This document shows positions 19,110 through 28,646 of a DNA stretch of 36,462 bases, piece after piece (within the stretch, counting starts at the first letter, position 1; each line of letters begins with the position of its first letter). Where the stretch lies: NCBI GenBank assembly GCA_964354185.1, contig CAYGZE010000002.1, forward strand, positions 1 to 36,462, written 5' to 3'. The stretch comes from an uncultured Anaerolineales bacterium (GTDB lineage: Bacteria; Planctomycetota; Phycisphaerae; FEN-1346). The notes beneath the pieces were generated by a model. It had not been told where the DNA came from and ran no database searches. It saw only the letters and a list, made by a program, of their open reading frames with translations. A program made the translations under genes and the position numbers.

Positions 19110-20183
19110 ATGGATGATGTGGAGTGGCCAAAGGTCTTCATCATAATTCTTAATTGGAACGGCTGGGAAGATACGATAGAATGCTTGGAATCACTCTATA
19201 CTATCTCGTACCCAAATTATGACGTCGTTATCGTTGATAATGATTCACAGGACGATTCACTAGCGAGGATCAGAGCATTCGCAAGTGGTGAAGTAGCAGT
19301 AAAATCGGCCTCCCTCACACACACTTACCGAAGCGAGCCCCTACCCGTCATTAGCTATTCGAGACGGGAAGCTGAAGAATCACAATCTGCGAGTTTGTCC
19401 AAAAAACTGGCTAGAGGGGGCCAAAATAAAGGATCAAACAGATCGCTCGTCATTATCCAGAATGAACGGAATTTTGGGTATTCCGAAGGCAATAATATCG
19501 GCATGCGCTATGCATTAAGAGCATCTGCCGATTACGTGCTGCTCCTGAATAACGATACCGTTGTCGATGAGCATTTTCTTACGGAGCTCGTTCGCGCTGC
19601 CGATAAGGACGCCAGCATTGGAGCGATAGGCCCGAAAATATATTCATACGACGCACCAAGTGTGATTCAGTCAACAGGCGCTCGTAAGGATTTTTTTACA
19701 GGAACACCAATATCCCTCAACAATGGAAAAACGGATGATGAGGCTAACCATTTCACCATAGGGGGGCTTTTACCGGCTGACTACATGTCCGGCGCATGCA
19801 TTCTGACTAAACGAAAGGTGATCGAAGAAGTTGGAAAGCTTGATCCAACCTATTTTTTGTATTATGAAGACCAAGATTGGTGCACGCGAATCAGTATGGC
19901 TGGGTACAGGATCGTATGCAACCTCAACAGCAAAATTTGGCACAAGAAAATGGCTTCAACCTCAAAAGCAAAGCGATTCTCGCAATACTACCCTGAGAGA
20001 AGCCGAGTGATTTACATGAGAAAGTATGCGCAAACCTCGCAATTTATCTCATTTTTGCTATTCCACATCCCCTATTACGTCGCGTTACTTACAAAAAAAC
20101 GTCAGTTCGATGATATCCCACGCTTTATTCAAGGACTTATCGATGGGTTGCGCACGCCTATACAATCTCAACCTATGTTCTGA
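19110..20183 (+). CDS. GT2-family glycosyltransferase (WbbL/rhamnosyltransferase-like architecture)
   Basis: 'VFIIILNWNGWEDTIECLESL...YDVVIVDNDSQDDS', 'LLNNDT', 'YYEDQDWC'. ATG at 19110 chosen; the ORF track starts at 19032. Confidence 0.85.
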   Translation: MDDVEWPKVFIIILNWNGWEDTIECLESLYTISYPNYDVVIVDNDSQDDSLARIRAFASGEVAVKSASLTHTYRSEPLPVISYSRREAEESQSASLSKKLARGGQNKGSNRSLVIIQNERNFGYSEGNNIGMRYALRASADYVLLLNNDTVVDEHFLTELVRAADKDASIGAIGPKIYSYDAPSVIQSTGARKDFFTGTPISLNNGKTDDEANHFTIGGLLPADYMSGACILTKRKVIEEVGKLDPTYFLYYEDQDWCTRISMAGYRIVCNLNSKIWHKKMASTSKAKRFSQYYPERSRVIYMRKYAQTSQFISFLLFHIPYYVALLTKKRQFDDIPRFIQGLIDGLRTPIQSQPMF

Positions 20184-20333
20184 AATATGCGGTATTCGAT
20201 ATAGGCAACGCACAAGTTCATCGTTATCCTCCGACCTCAGTGAAACCCATAGGCTGAACTACGTCGACAAGCGTGTATCGTAAAAGCGAGTGATAAACGA
20301 ACGCTCTACAACTGCAGCTTGGTGAAGCGTGCA

Positions 20334-21485
20334 TTAAACTAATAATTGCTTAACCTTAATCTCAAATCGGTCTGTTTGGAACTGTCTACTTGTTTCAATG
20401 GCTGCCTTAGCCATTTTTGCTCTTTTTTCCGGATCTTGTATCAGGTTAAGCGTGTTCTCTTTCAATTCCTCTATATTATTCCAGAGCAGTCCATTCAGCC
20501 CATGGTGGACAATTTCGGGTTGTCCCCCTTTACCTACGACGACAGGAACACACCCGTACGACATAGCTTCCGCCGTCACTATGCCAAAGTGCTCCATTCT
20601 TTCTGGATGTTTAATTTCATCTTCATTAAGGCCAGTAGCGTGCCAAAACAGCGTGGAGCTGCTATATAAGTCCCTTATAGTATCGTACGGGGCGTCAAAA
20701 TGGAAGAAAATAGGGTAACTTTCAGCTTCTTTCTCACACTTTCTTTTATATAGCTGGCTGCTTTCGTCGCTCCTCACACCGCCAATCAAATGATATTCCC
20801 AATGATCTTGATCCAGCTCAGCATCTTTGCAAAGTTGTTTGAAAGCTTGAATCATTTCCAGTTGTTTTTTACAGTGCCCTCCCACAAAAAATCGCCCCAC
20901 GCTCAATATATAGCGTTCTTTCAAAATACTGTGCTCGGGCTGAATATCAATCGGCGGGTAAAGCACTTCAGCGTTTCTCCCATATTTTTGCTCAACCGCT
21001 TTTTTTACAAAATTCGAATAAATTATTATCTTATCATAGGTCGAGAAATTAGAGTCAACGAACAATTTCAGGCCGGCGCCGCCAAACAAGAAGGGAGTAA
21101 TTGCGTCCGTTGGCGGAATTTGAATGATCAAGATGTTTTTCTTCGCACGGGTTGGTAGCCGAAAGAGTGGCTCTCGCAATTGATTTATAAATAGGTCGTA
21201 TTGCTTGCTGCATTTTGATAGCGCTACGCTCTTTGTTAGTCGATCAAGAAAAGAATTCTTTTTGGCTATGCCGGGAATTGCTGGAACCTTTAAGTTTACA
21301 TCCCCGAGATTGACGTTTAATCGATTCTCTAATGTCTTCAGAACTCCCGCAACGTCTCGCTCTGGTATATCAAAAGCAATGAGATCCACATCGTGCTCTC
21401 TGCTGAATATTTCCGCAATGTTACAAACATACTTCTCTCCACCGCCATATACTAACAAACCTGGAGCAAAGATTCCGACCCTCAT
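20334..21485 (-). CDS. GT4-family glycosyltransferase
   Basis: 'EHFGIVTAEAMSYGCVPVVVGKGGQPEIV'. ATG at 21485 gives 'MRVGIFAP' and has GGAGG 6 nt upstream. Confidence 0.85.
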   Translation of the reverse strand: MRVGIFAPGLLVYGGGEKYVCNIAEIFSREHDVDLIAFDIPERDVAGVLKTLENRLNVNLGDVNLKVPAIPGIAKKNSFLDRLTKSVALSKCSKQYDLFINQLREPLFRLPTRAKKNILIIQIPPTDAITPFLFGGAGLKLFVDSNFSTYDKIIIYSNFVKKAVEQKYGRNAEVLYPPIDIQPEHSILKERYILSVGRFFVGGHCKKQLEMIQAFKQLCKDAELDQDHWEYHLIGGVRSDESSQLYKRKCEKEAESYPIFFHFDAPYDTIRDLYSSSTLFWHATGLNEDEIKHPERMEHFGIVTAEAMSYGCVPVVVGKGGQPEIVHHGLNGLLWNNIEELKENTLNLIQDPEKRAKMAKAAIETSRQFQTDRFEIKVKQLLV

Positions 21486-21719
21486 TAGAAGCCTCCAAAG
21501 CAGATAAATCAAGTCCTGAACAGACGGTTTATTCCGTGACGGTCACGCAAACAGCGAAGTGTGAGGGCGCAATTTAACGCTGCCACGTGCGAAGTGATTT
21601 GGATAGCGCTGTAGTTTCGACGACGCTGGCTCCACAGCACGCCTCTTGTGGTTTTTAGTAATAGCTCGCGCATAGGATCAATGGCATATTACAGGACTGT
21701 GCGTCTAGAGTCCCTGCCT

Positions 21720-22499
21720 CTATTTTGTTGCCACACATACGACACAGGCACTTGAGACCCACGGTGACAGTCTGTTGAAGAACCTCTTGGTAATGCCCCC
21801 AACCCGGTTCAACTCAAACGTGGCGCCTCCCCGTTTATGCAGGAAGGGGATATCCGAACACAGTCCGATGGATTTCCAGGGCATTTCGTAGTCTTTGGGT
21901 TTAATCTCCAAAACCCTGAACCCGGCCTGCCTAATGTAATGCACCAACTCATTCGCCGTGAATCGATACTCTGAGAAAGCGTGCTTATCTCCACGTATCC
22001 TACTGAATAGCATTATACTTATTATAAACCAATTCGTGACTAACCGTCTCAGAACATTATCTAAAGGAGTCTCAATTATAGCGACGCCTCCCGGTCGCAA
22101 AACTCTATATGCTTCTCTAAGCGCTTCATCTGGGCCTTCCTCAAAATGCTCAATCACGCCGAGCGATATATACGTATCCACGCTGTCATCAGGAATAGGG
22201 AGTTGCACAACCGAACCAGATATTAGATTCAAGTTTTCATCGAAAGCCTTAGCGCGCTCGAGACTGTTCGTATAGTTATCGAGGCCATACACTTGATAAC
22301 CCTCTCGACCTAGGTAGATCACCCATTTAGCTAATCCGCAACCAGCCTCCAAGATCTGCTGATCCCTACGGAGGTAGTCCTTAAAGACAGAGAGTAACTG
22401 GTCCCCTTCACACAACCGTATATTCTCTTCCACACTCACGGAACGCCAGTATGCTTCCCACCTATCTATCGGCAGAACAATACTATACAGCTTCTTCAT
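21720..22499 (-). CDS. Class-I SAM-dependent methyltransferase
   Basis: 'ILEAGCGLAKWVIYLGREGYQVYGLD' (motif I), 'VIEHFEEGPDEALREAYRVLRPGGVAII'. Confidence 0.85.
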   Translation of the reverse strand: MKKLYSIVLPIDRWEAYWRSVSVEENIRLCEGDQLLSVFKDYLRRDQQILEAGCGLAKWVIYLGREGYQVYGLDNYTNSLERAKAFDENLNLISGSVVQLPIPDDSVDTYISLGVIEHFEEGPDEALREAYRVLRPGGVAIIETPLDNVLRRLVTNWFIISIMLFSRIRGDKHAFSEYRFTANELVHYIRQAGFRVLEIKPKDYEMPWKSIGLCSDIPFLHKRGGATFELNRVGGITKRFFNRLSPWVSSACVVCVATK

Positions 22500-23231
22500 T
22501 TCCGATCATAACCTAAAACTGCACGCTAGGCACTAAACAGATCAAGTTTTTTGCAGCATATATCCTCATTGGTCTTATCTCTTTGTAAAATGGATTTTTT
22601 CCTTTAGAGTAAACACAGTGATACGTGAACCAACATTTCCACTAGTACTGCAGTTACTGACATCTAGGCGGGGGAGCCAAACTCGTTCACCCGTATAGGC
22701 GGAGAACCATCAATGCGTTAGCTAGCGGGCGTAGGAACAACCAGCTGACAGCAGTCACCAAAAGCAGCCAATATAGAGATGAAAAGTGGTTTACAAGCAA
22801 CGGGCAAGCCTTCGAATCAGATACCAGAATCTTCATCGAGATTCAGCGTTTTATATGCAGTCTCATAACGCTGATGCTTTGGCTATCCCTTTTTTGTTCT
22901 TACTAAACGTCTGTCGCGAAGCAATTTGTATTTGTTAAATTGATTGCTATCAGAATCAAGAATCAAGTCCCAGACGCATTTCGTGAAGAGGGCGAAATAG
23001 ATACTATTCCAATTACATCTAGAAGGTCGTTGATATTGCCCGAGAGAGTCAAACATATTGCGAAGAAGAGACGACCGAAGGGACACTAACATCCGAAGGC
23101 GGATCGAACTTCGAAGGCCAAGATTTTTGTGACTTAAGACAGGCTTTGCATGATATATAGGTATGTTCAAGAAATATTTCAGACCACAACAATCAAACGC
23201 TAGATCGCGTTATGTTACAGGGGCCAAGTAA

Positions 23232-24683
23232 ATGAGAGAACATACACTCACTGCTCGGCGACTAGGATTGAGCGCGTTAATAGGTCCTCTAGTAACTCTT
23301 AGCAACATTATTTTGCTCCCTATTCTGACAAAAAACCTAGCTATCGCTGACTATGGAGCCTGGGCTTTGATTATGATTACAATTGGCCTAGTGCCCGGGC
23401 TTGTGACTTTAGGGCTGCCAAGTGCGATGATTCGGTTTGGCGCCGCACTGAAGGACAAACGTGACATCCAAGAGATGTTCTACGCCATGGGGTTCGTCGT
23501 TTTGGTTGCGAGCTTGATTGCTTCTGGGCTACTCTTTTTGTTGGTGCCACAGATGACGGCTAGCTTGTTTCAGAACAATCGCACCACGGCCCTACTCCTA
23601 ATACCCAACATCTTGGTCGCGTGCCTGATTTATTTTGTTATCCAATATTTTGTTACATCCCAGCAGATCAAAAAGTACACTCTTTTAAATTTTTTCAACG
23701 CATATCTAAACACGGCCCTGATAGCTTATTTTGTCCTTTCGGGTCACGGATTGGAGGGCGCCGTGGTCGCACTCTTAATCCAGCAGCTTGTAGGATTTTC
23801 CCTCATTATGTATCTCATCGCCGCGGAGATTGGTTTTGCTATCCCGAAGTTTAGGCACGTGAGACAATACCTAGCTTTTGGCGTGCCGTTGATGCCGGCC
23901 AATCTATCGGCATGGATCGTAAATTCAAGCGATCGTTATCTCATTGTGCTTTTTTTAGGTACCGCAGCGGTGGGCTATTATTCGCCGGGATACACCCTCG
24001 GTAGTGCTCTTAGCATGATCTCAGCGCCGTTAGCGTTACTGCTTCCTGCGGTTCTATCAAAACACTATGACGAGAACAATGTAGCGGAGGTACGCACAAT
24101 CATGACATATTCGCTAAAGTACTACGCTGGGATCGCGTTACCTAGCGTTTTCGCTTTATCGGTTTTGTCAAAGCCGCTTTTGCTTGTGTTAACCACCGAG
24201 CAGATTGCAGCAAACGGTTACTCAGTCACTCCGTTTGTTGCCGCAGCGACAGCGCTCTTTGGAGCGTATACGGTGCTTGTTATAATAATCGGCCTCAAAA
24301 AGAAGACTGCCGTCGTTGGCATGATTTGGATACTCAGTGCTGTGTTGAATTTTGGTTTAAACTTGGTGCTCATTCCTTATTTGGGTCTAGTAGGTGCGGC
24401 ACTAACGACTTTTCTCGCATTCCTATTCGCTTTCGCGTTGACTGCACTCTATTCGTTCAACTATTTCAAGTTCGATGTGCAAAGTGGATTCATCGTGAAG
24501 AGCGTATGCAGTTCGGGTATAATAGCCCTGTTTCTACTCTTATGGAATCCCTCTGGGCTCTTCAGCATAGTTTTATCGATCGCATGTGCCGCAATAATCT
24601 ATTTGAGCATTATGCTTGCGCTGCGCGGTTTCACCATAAAAGAGTTTAAGCGCATCTATAGCATTTACAAGGGCTCTGACTAA
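23232..24683 (+). CDS. wzx: Wzx-type oligosaccharide/polysaccharide flippase (MOP superfamily)
   Basis: 483 aa, about 12-14 hydrophobic helices, with the overall pattern of Polysacc_synt family proteins. Confidence 0.8.
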   Translation: MREHTLTARRLGLSALIGPLVTLSNIILLPILTKNLAIADYGAWALIMITIGLVPGLVTLGLPSAMIRFGAALKDKRDIQEMFYAMGFVVLVASLIASGLLFLLVPQMTASLFQNNRTTALLLIPNILVACLIYFVIQYFVTSQQIKKYTLLNFFNAYLNTALIAYFVLSGHGLEGAVVALLIQQLVGFSLIMYLIAAEIGFAIPKFRHVRQYLAFGVPLMPANLSAWIVNSSDRYLIVLFLGTAAVGYYSPGYTLGSALSMISAPLALLLPAVLSKHYDENNVAEVRTIMTYSLKYYAGIALPSVFALSVLSKPLLLVLTTEQIAANGYSVTPFVAAATALFGAYTVLVIIIGLKKKTAVVGMIWILSAVLNFGLNLVLIPYLGLVGAALTTFLAFLFAFALTALYSFNYFKFDVQSGFIVKSVCSSGIIALFLLLWNPSGLFSIVLSIACAAIIYLSIMLALRGFTIKEFKRIYSIYKGSD

Positions 24684-25257
24684 GGTGATTTTGACAGTGA
24701 GCATGGTTAAGCCTAGCAAAAAATAGCTAACGAGTCCGCCGACCTCTCGTCTAAATATGCCACCTCGCAGCAGATTGAAAAACCACATCAATAGTAAGAT
24801 TCAAAGTGAAAGAAAGATACCGGTCGCCCAAACAAGAAAAGATAAGGTAATACGTAACAACGACATATTGTGTACGGTCTGGATGCGTTGGCCCTCCAAG
24901 CGTTATGTGAACGATGAGGGCTATTTTCACCACTCGATCAGCCGTAACAAAAGACGTACACAACTACCTGGTTCCTAGAGTCATCGTGGCGGACAGATGT
25001 GACACAGATTTGCGTTCTGAAGATAAACGAGCTGATAAGGTAAGATGGTGGAACTGACCCATCGAAAGATCAGGACAAATTATCAACAGAACTCACGTAT
25101 CGACAAATGTTCTGAGCGATTATGGTGAGGTATGGTGTATTCGATGCTGGTTGTAGTCGGTGCTGCCTCCTCACTTTTAGAATCTGGCTTCCGTAAACGT
25201 TAAGATCATGACACAGACAGATCGCAATGGGCTCATCTGAGGAGTCACAGGTGTTTC

Positions 25258-25968
25258 ATGCCAGAAGCAAGAAACATTACTGAGTTATATAGGGATAAAA
25301 ATCAAACATATTTTTCCAGTATTCGATGGGAGATAATCAGGCTAATACCAACGGGCGACCACAAAGTTCTCGACGTGGGAAGCGGCGCAGGTTGCACGTT
25401 GAGGAAGTTGAAAGCACTCGGTAAAGCGAGTGAAATTGTTGGCATTGAAATCAATCAAAACGCAACGGCAGATTCGTCAGACCACTTAGATCGACTGTTT
25501 ATAGGCGATATCGAAACAATCGATCTTCCGTATCCTGAAAAGCACTTTGATTATATACTTTTAGCAGATGTGCTCGAGCACCTAATCAAGCCAAGCGACG
25601 TGCTACGTAAGTGTTGGGATTTGTTGAGCGATGATGGATCCATCATCGCTAGCATTCCTAACGTCAAACACTATAGTACCCTCTTGGGACTTATTTTATT
25701 TGACGAGTTCAAATATACTGACCGTGGAGGTTTGCTTGACAGCTCTCATCTTAGATTCTTCACGAAAAAAGGGATCATCAGAATATTCAGAGATGAGAAG
25801 TTCGAAGTCGCTGATCTTGTTGCCATTCAATGGCAAACCCGCGTAGAACGGGCCTTGCGTGTTTCGAAAATCACGAGTAGGCTATTAAATAACAATACAT
25901 TCTTTGCCTGTCAGTATCTTGTGACAGCTAAAAAAGAAAAGCACTCAAAATTGACGCTTACTGATTGA
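25258..25968 (+). CDS. Class-I SAM-dependent methyltransferase
   Basis: 'VLDVGSGAGCTLRKL' (motif I), 'ADVLEHLIKPSDVLRKCWDLLSDDGSII'. AGGTG lies 5 nt upstream of the ATG. Confidence 0.85.
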   Translation: MPEARNITELYRDKNQTYFSSIRWEIIRLIPTGDHKVLDVGSGAGCTLRKLKALGKASEIVGIEINQNATADSSDHLDRLFIGDIETIDLPYPEKHFDYILLADVLEHLIKPSDVLRKCWDLLSDDGSIIASIPNVKHYSTLLGLILFDEFKYTDRGGLLDSSHLRFFTKKGIIRIFRDEKFEVADLVAIQWQTRVERALRVSKITSRLLNNNTFFACQYLVTAKKEKHSKLTLTD

Positions 25969-26911
25969 GAGGCTCTGTCGAAACTCGATCCGCTAGGACA
26001 CAATCTATATACTTTTTAAGACCACTCTCGAGATCGGTCTGGGGGGTCCACGATAACAGCCGCTTTGCTTTTGTAGTATCTGCCCACGTATCGCGAGCGT
26101 CTCCTTTTTGCTGCTCGACGTGCCGTACATGGGCCTCCTTACCCACTAGACTCTCTATGGTTTGGATAAGGGCGTTGACGCTTATCGTGTGGCCTCCTCC
26201 GATGTTTAAAACTTCACCAGTGATATCGCTCTGGGCTGCTAGCGTAAGCGCGTCAATGACATCATTAACAAAGGTAAAATCCCGCAATTGTTCTCCATCG
26301 CCGAAAACTTGAATCTCGCGTTCATTTAACATAGCATGGAGAAATCTGTTGATGGCCATATCGGGGCGCTGACGCGGCCCGTAAACTGTAAAGAAGCGCA
26401 AAGAAATGACAGGGACGCCATAGTTCTTCCAATAGAGATAACAGAGATTCTCCCCCGCAAGCTTCGTTACCCCATAAGGCGAAACAGGCAACAGTCGCGC
26501 TTCCTCCTTTATCGGCAGCTCAGCGTCTCCATATACGGAAGAAGAAGAGGAATAAATGAAGTTTTTTAGTTCAGCGGAGCGGTAAAACTCCAACAATCGC
26601 TGCGTTGCTTCTATATTGTTCTTCGTGTATACCGTAAAGTTCGCGCCCCATGACGCCCGAACGCCTGGCTGAGCCGCCATATGAAACACGTGGTCAACAA
26701 GTGGAAAAGCATTCATCTCAGAGATGTCTTGTCTAATAAGCGTAAATCTCTCGTGATTCAAAGCGCCTGACAGATTCGCGAGCTTCTGTTCTTCAGGATA
26801 GTAATCGGTGAAGCAATCGATTCCTATCACATCGTAATCGTCTTGTAGGAGTCTCTCAACGAGGTGTGAACCAATGAATCCTGCGCACCCGGTGACCAAA
26901 ACTCGCGTCAT
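25958..26911 (-). CDS. NAD-dependent SDR epimerase/dehydratase (UDP-sugar 4-epimerase-like)
   Basis: 'VLVTGCAGFIGSHL', 'SSSSVYG', 'YGVTKLAGE' (YxxxK). Convergent 11-nt overlap with the methyltransferase gene. Confidence 0.9.
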   Translation of the reverse strand: MTRVLVTGCAGFIGSHLVERLLQDDYDVIGIDCFTDYYPEEQKLANLSGALNHERFTLIRQDISEMNAFPLVDHVFHMAAQPGVRASWGANFTVYTKNNIEATQRLLEFYRSAELKNFIYSSSSSVYGDAELPIKEEARLLPVSPYGVTKLAGENLCYLYWKNYGVPVISLRFFTVYGPRQRPDMAINRFLHAMLNEREIQVFGDGEQLRDFTFVNDVIDALTLAAQSDITGEVLNIGGGHTISVNALIQTIESLVGKEAHVRHVEQQKGDARDTWADTTKAKRLLSWTPQTDLESGLKKYIDCVLADRVSTEPLNQ

Positions 26912-27351
26912 TTTTCTCCCACTGCCTCCGTGCTCTTGTTATTCATACACTTGGAAACCTACGAGCGGCACGATCGTTCGTTATAGCGTTATGTCTCGCT
27001 TTATAAGTTTTCGCTCTGTCGTGTTGCCGGTCTATCATCTAGGCCAAAAAGGTAGCGCATAAACGTGACTAACGTCGTGACGGGCCACCGTTTTCCGAAG
27101 CAAGTCGTTTTTTGCGAGATATTCGATTACTTCCACGTTTTATCTAAATACAACTTTAGGCCCTCCCGATCGACTACTGGCCCAACTGCCTTCTGAGCCC
27201 CAAACATCGTTGATAGATAAAGGGCCTTTCTACTTACACCTCTAACACATTTGAAAAAGATTATCGTGAATAAGCAATAAGCAACAAGTAATACGAGCTA
27301 AAGGCTTAGTAAAACGATAACGCGTTTAGTAACCAAAAAGAGTTCAAAAAC

Positions 27352-28155
27352 ATGAGTCAGGCAAAAGTCGTGATATTAAGTGGGGGGTTCGGCACTCGCC
27401 TGCGTGAAGAAACTGAATTCAGGCCCAAACCGATGGTGAGTGTTGGAGATAAGCCCTTGCTATGGCATATAATGAAAACTTATGCGCATTATGGATATAC
27501 TGACTTTGTCATTTGTCTTGGTTATAAAGGCAATATGATCAAAGAGTATTTCTTGAATTATGCGATGATGAATAGCGATTTTACGGTTCACCTGGGCAAC
27601 GCGAACCGTACTTATTTTCACAGCAATCATGACGAAAAAGACTGGACGGTCACTTTGGCGCACACGGGACTACGTGCGCAGACCGGAGCTCGAATCGGAC
27701 GAGTCGAGAAGCACATAGCAGAAGATTGGTTCATGGTTACCTATGGAGATGGGATCTCTAACGTCAACATAGCCGAGCTTGTGGAGTTTCATAATTCACA
27801 CAAAAAAATAGGGACTGTAACGGGAGTACGACCGTCGTCTCGATTCGGAGAACTCATAGTCGACAAGAACAAAGTTGTGGAGTTTAACGAAAAACCACAA
27901 GTGAATGAAGGATTGATTAACGGCGGCTACTTCTTGTTTGACCGAGCTTTTTTTTCGTATTTGAATGAAGAAGACGACTGTATCTTGGAAAAGGAACCCC
28001 TCATGAACTTAGCTAACGATGGTCAGCTTATGGTTTACGAGCACGATGGCTTTTGGCAGTGCATAGACACTTATAGAGAATTGGAGTACGTCAACAATAT
28101 CTGGAGAACGTCTGCCCCGCCACAAATTGTACTGTCTGAGACAAGCTCATCTTAG
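27352..28155 (+). CDS. rfbF: Glucose-1-phosphate cytidylyltransferase with a replaced C-terminal tail
   Basis: 'KVVILSGGFGTRLREETEFRPKPMV..GDKPLLWHIMK', 'HDGFWQCIDTYRE'. The last roughly 10 aa ('QIVLSETSSS') are read from the antisense of a GT39 fragment. Confidence 0.9.
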   Translation: MSQAKVVILSGGFGTRLREETEFRPKPMVSVGDKPLLWHIMKTYAHYGYTDFVICLGYKGNMIKEYFLNYAMMNSDFTVHLGNANRTYFHSNHDEKDWTVTLAHTGLRAQTGARIGRVEKHIAEDWFMVTYGDGISNVNIAELVEFHNSHKKIGTVTGVRPSSRFGELIVDKNKVVEFNEKPQVNEGLINGGYFLFDRAFFSYLNEEDDCILEKEPLMNLANDGQLMVYEHDGFWQCIDTYRELEYVNNIWRTSAPPQIVLSETSSS

Positions 28156-28291
28156 AGACCATAACGGACCACAGTTCGTCAATCCAGAGGCTCTGCACGC
28201 CTAAACCGTAGACCCTGAGCAATAGCCCCGTCAGCACAATAACGAGCAAAGCGACGCTGTATTTGCTTATCGTTCGGCCTGCGACTTGCAC
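28118..28291 (-). pseudogene. 5' fragment (about 58 codons) of a GT39/ArnT-like paralogue
   Basis: From GTG 28291 it reads 'VQVAGRTISKYSVALLVIVLTGLLLRVYGLGVQSLWIDELWSVMVSKMSLSQTVQFVA'. The N-terminus of the 5612 gene is 'MQIAGKRVTKYSVALLLIVLIGLFLRVYQLGTESIWIDEAYSISISKTSVLQIAAAVA'. Similarity stops where rfbF-native sequence begins. Confidence 0.7.
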
Positions 28292-28591
28292 ACTCTGTGG
28301 GCGGTAGCTTGAGTACTTAAAGATTGCGACTTCATCGTCTCGTGCAAATCGCGTGCTTTCAACGACGTTATCGCGCGCTACCGCAATTCCGGACACTTTG
28401 ACCGACCGTCATAACCACGAGTTTCCAAAAGGTTGAATAGGCAAAATTGAAATACTGTTGAAAAACAACTTCCTGCCGGGCAGGCGAAGGAATTAGAATG
28501 CAGGGGTTACCAACCAACAACAAATTAGGGGCTCTTGATTGTCACTCGGAGAACCGGATGCAAGGCGACCACAGGTGATAAGCCTTCTGCT

Positions 28592-28644
28592 GGGCCTGCT
28601 CCGCCGAAAACAGGTTAAAAGCCTTTGGGCGGGCCTGCTCCGCC
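28592..28644. repeat. Two copies of the 14-mer gggcctgctccgcc, 39 nt apart
   Basis: Exact copies at 28592-28605 and 28631-28644. The second copy ends 2 nt before ATG 28647. Confidence 0.85.
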
Positions 28645-28646
28645 AT

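Noticed and set aside
20346-21507. Four plus-strand ORFs (20346..20669, 20398..20718, 20790..21158, 21205..21507) opposite the GT4 gene
   Set aside because: They are antisense shadows of a well-supported GT4 CDS. They are low-complexity or hydrophobic with no motifs, and are typical spurious frames.
22883-23170. 95-aa minus-strand ORF in the spacer upstream of wzx
   Set aside because: It has no recognisable motif, an Arg/Ser/Leu-rich biased composition, and no convincing start context. It is left unannotated, though a decayed gene cannot be excluded.
24751-24978. Overlapping 70-aa (minus) and 73-aa (plus) ORFs downstream of wzx
   Set aside because: They are mutually antisense. One is highly basic and low-complexity, and neither has motifs or start signals.
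25137-25200. 'VFDAGCSRCCLL' resembling methyltransferase motif I just upstream of the intact methyltransferase gene at 25258
   Set aside because: Only about 6 residues match a very common motif and there is no flanking similarity. It is too short to call a relic.
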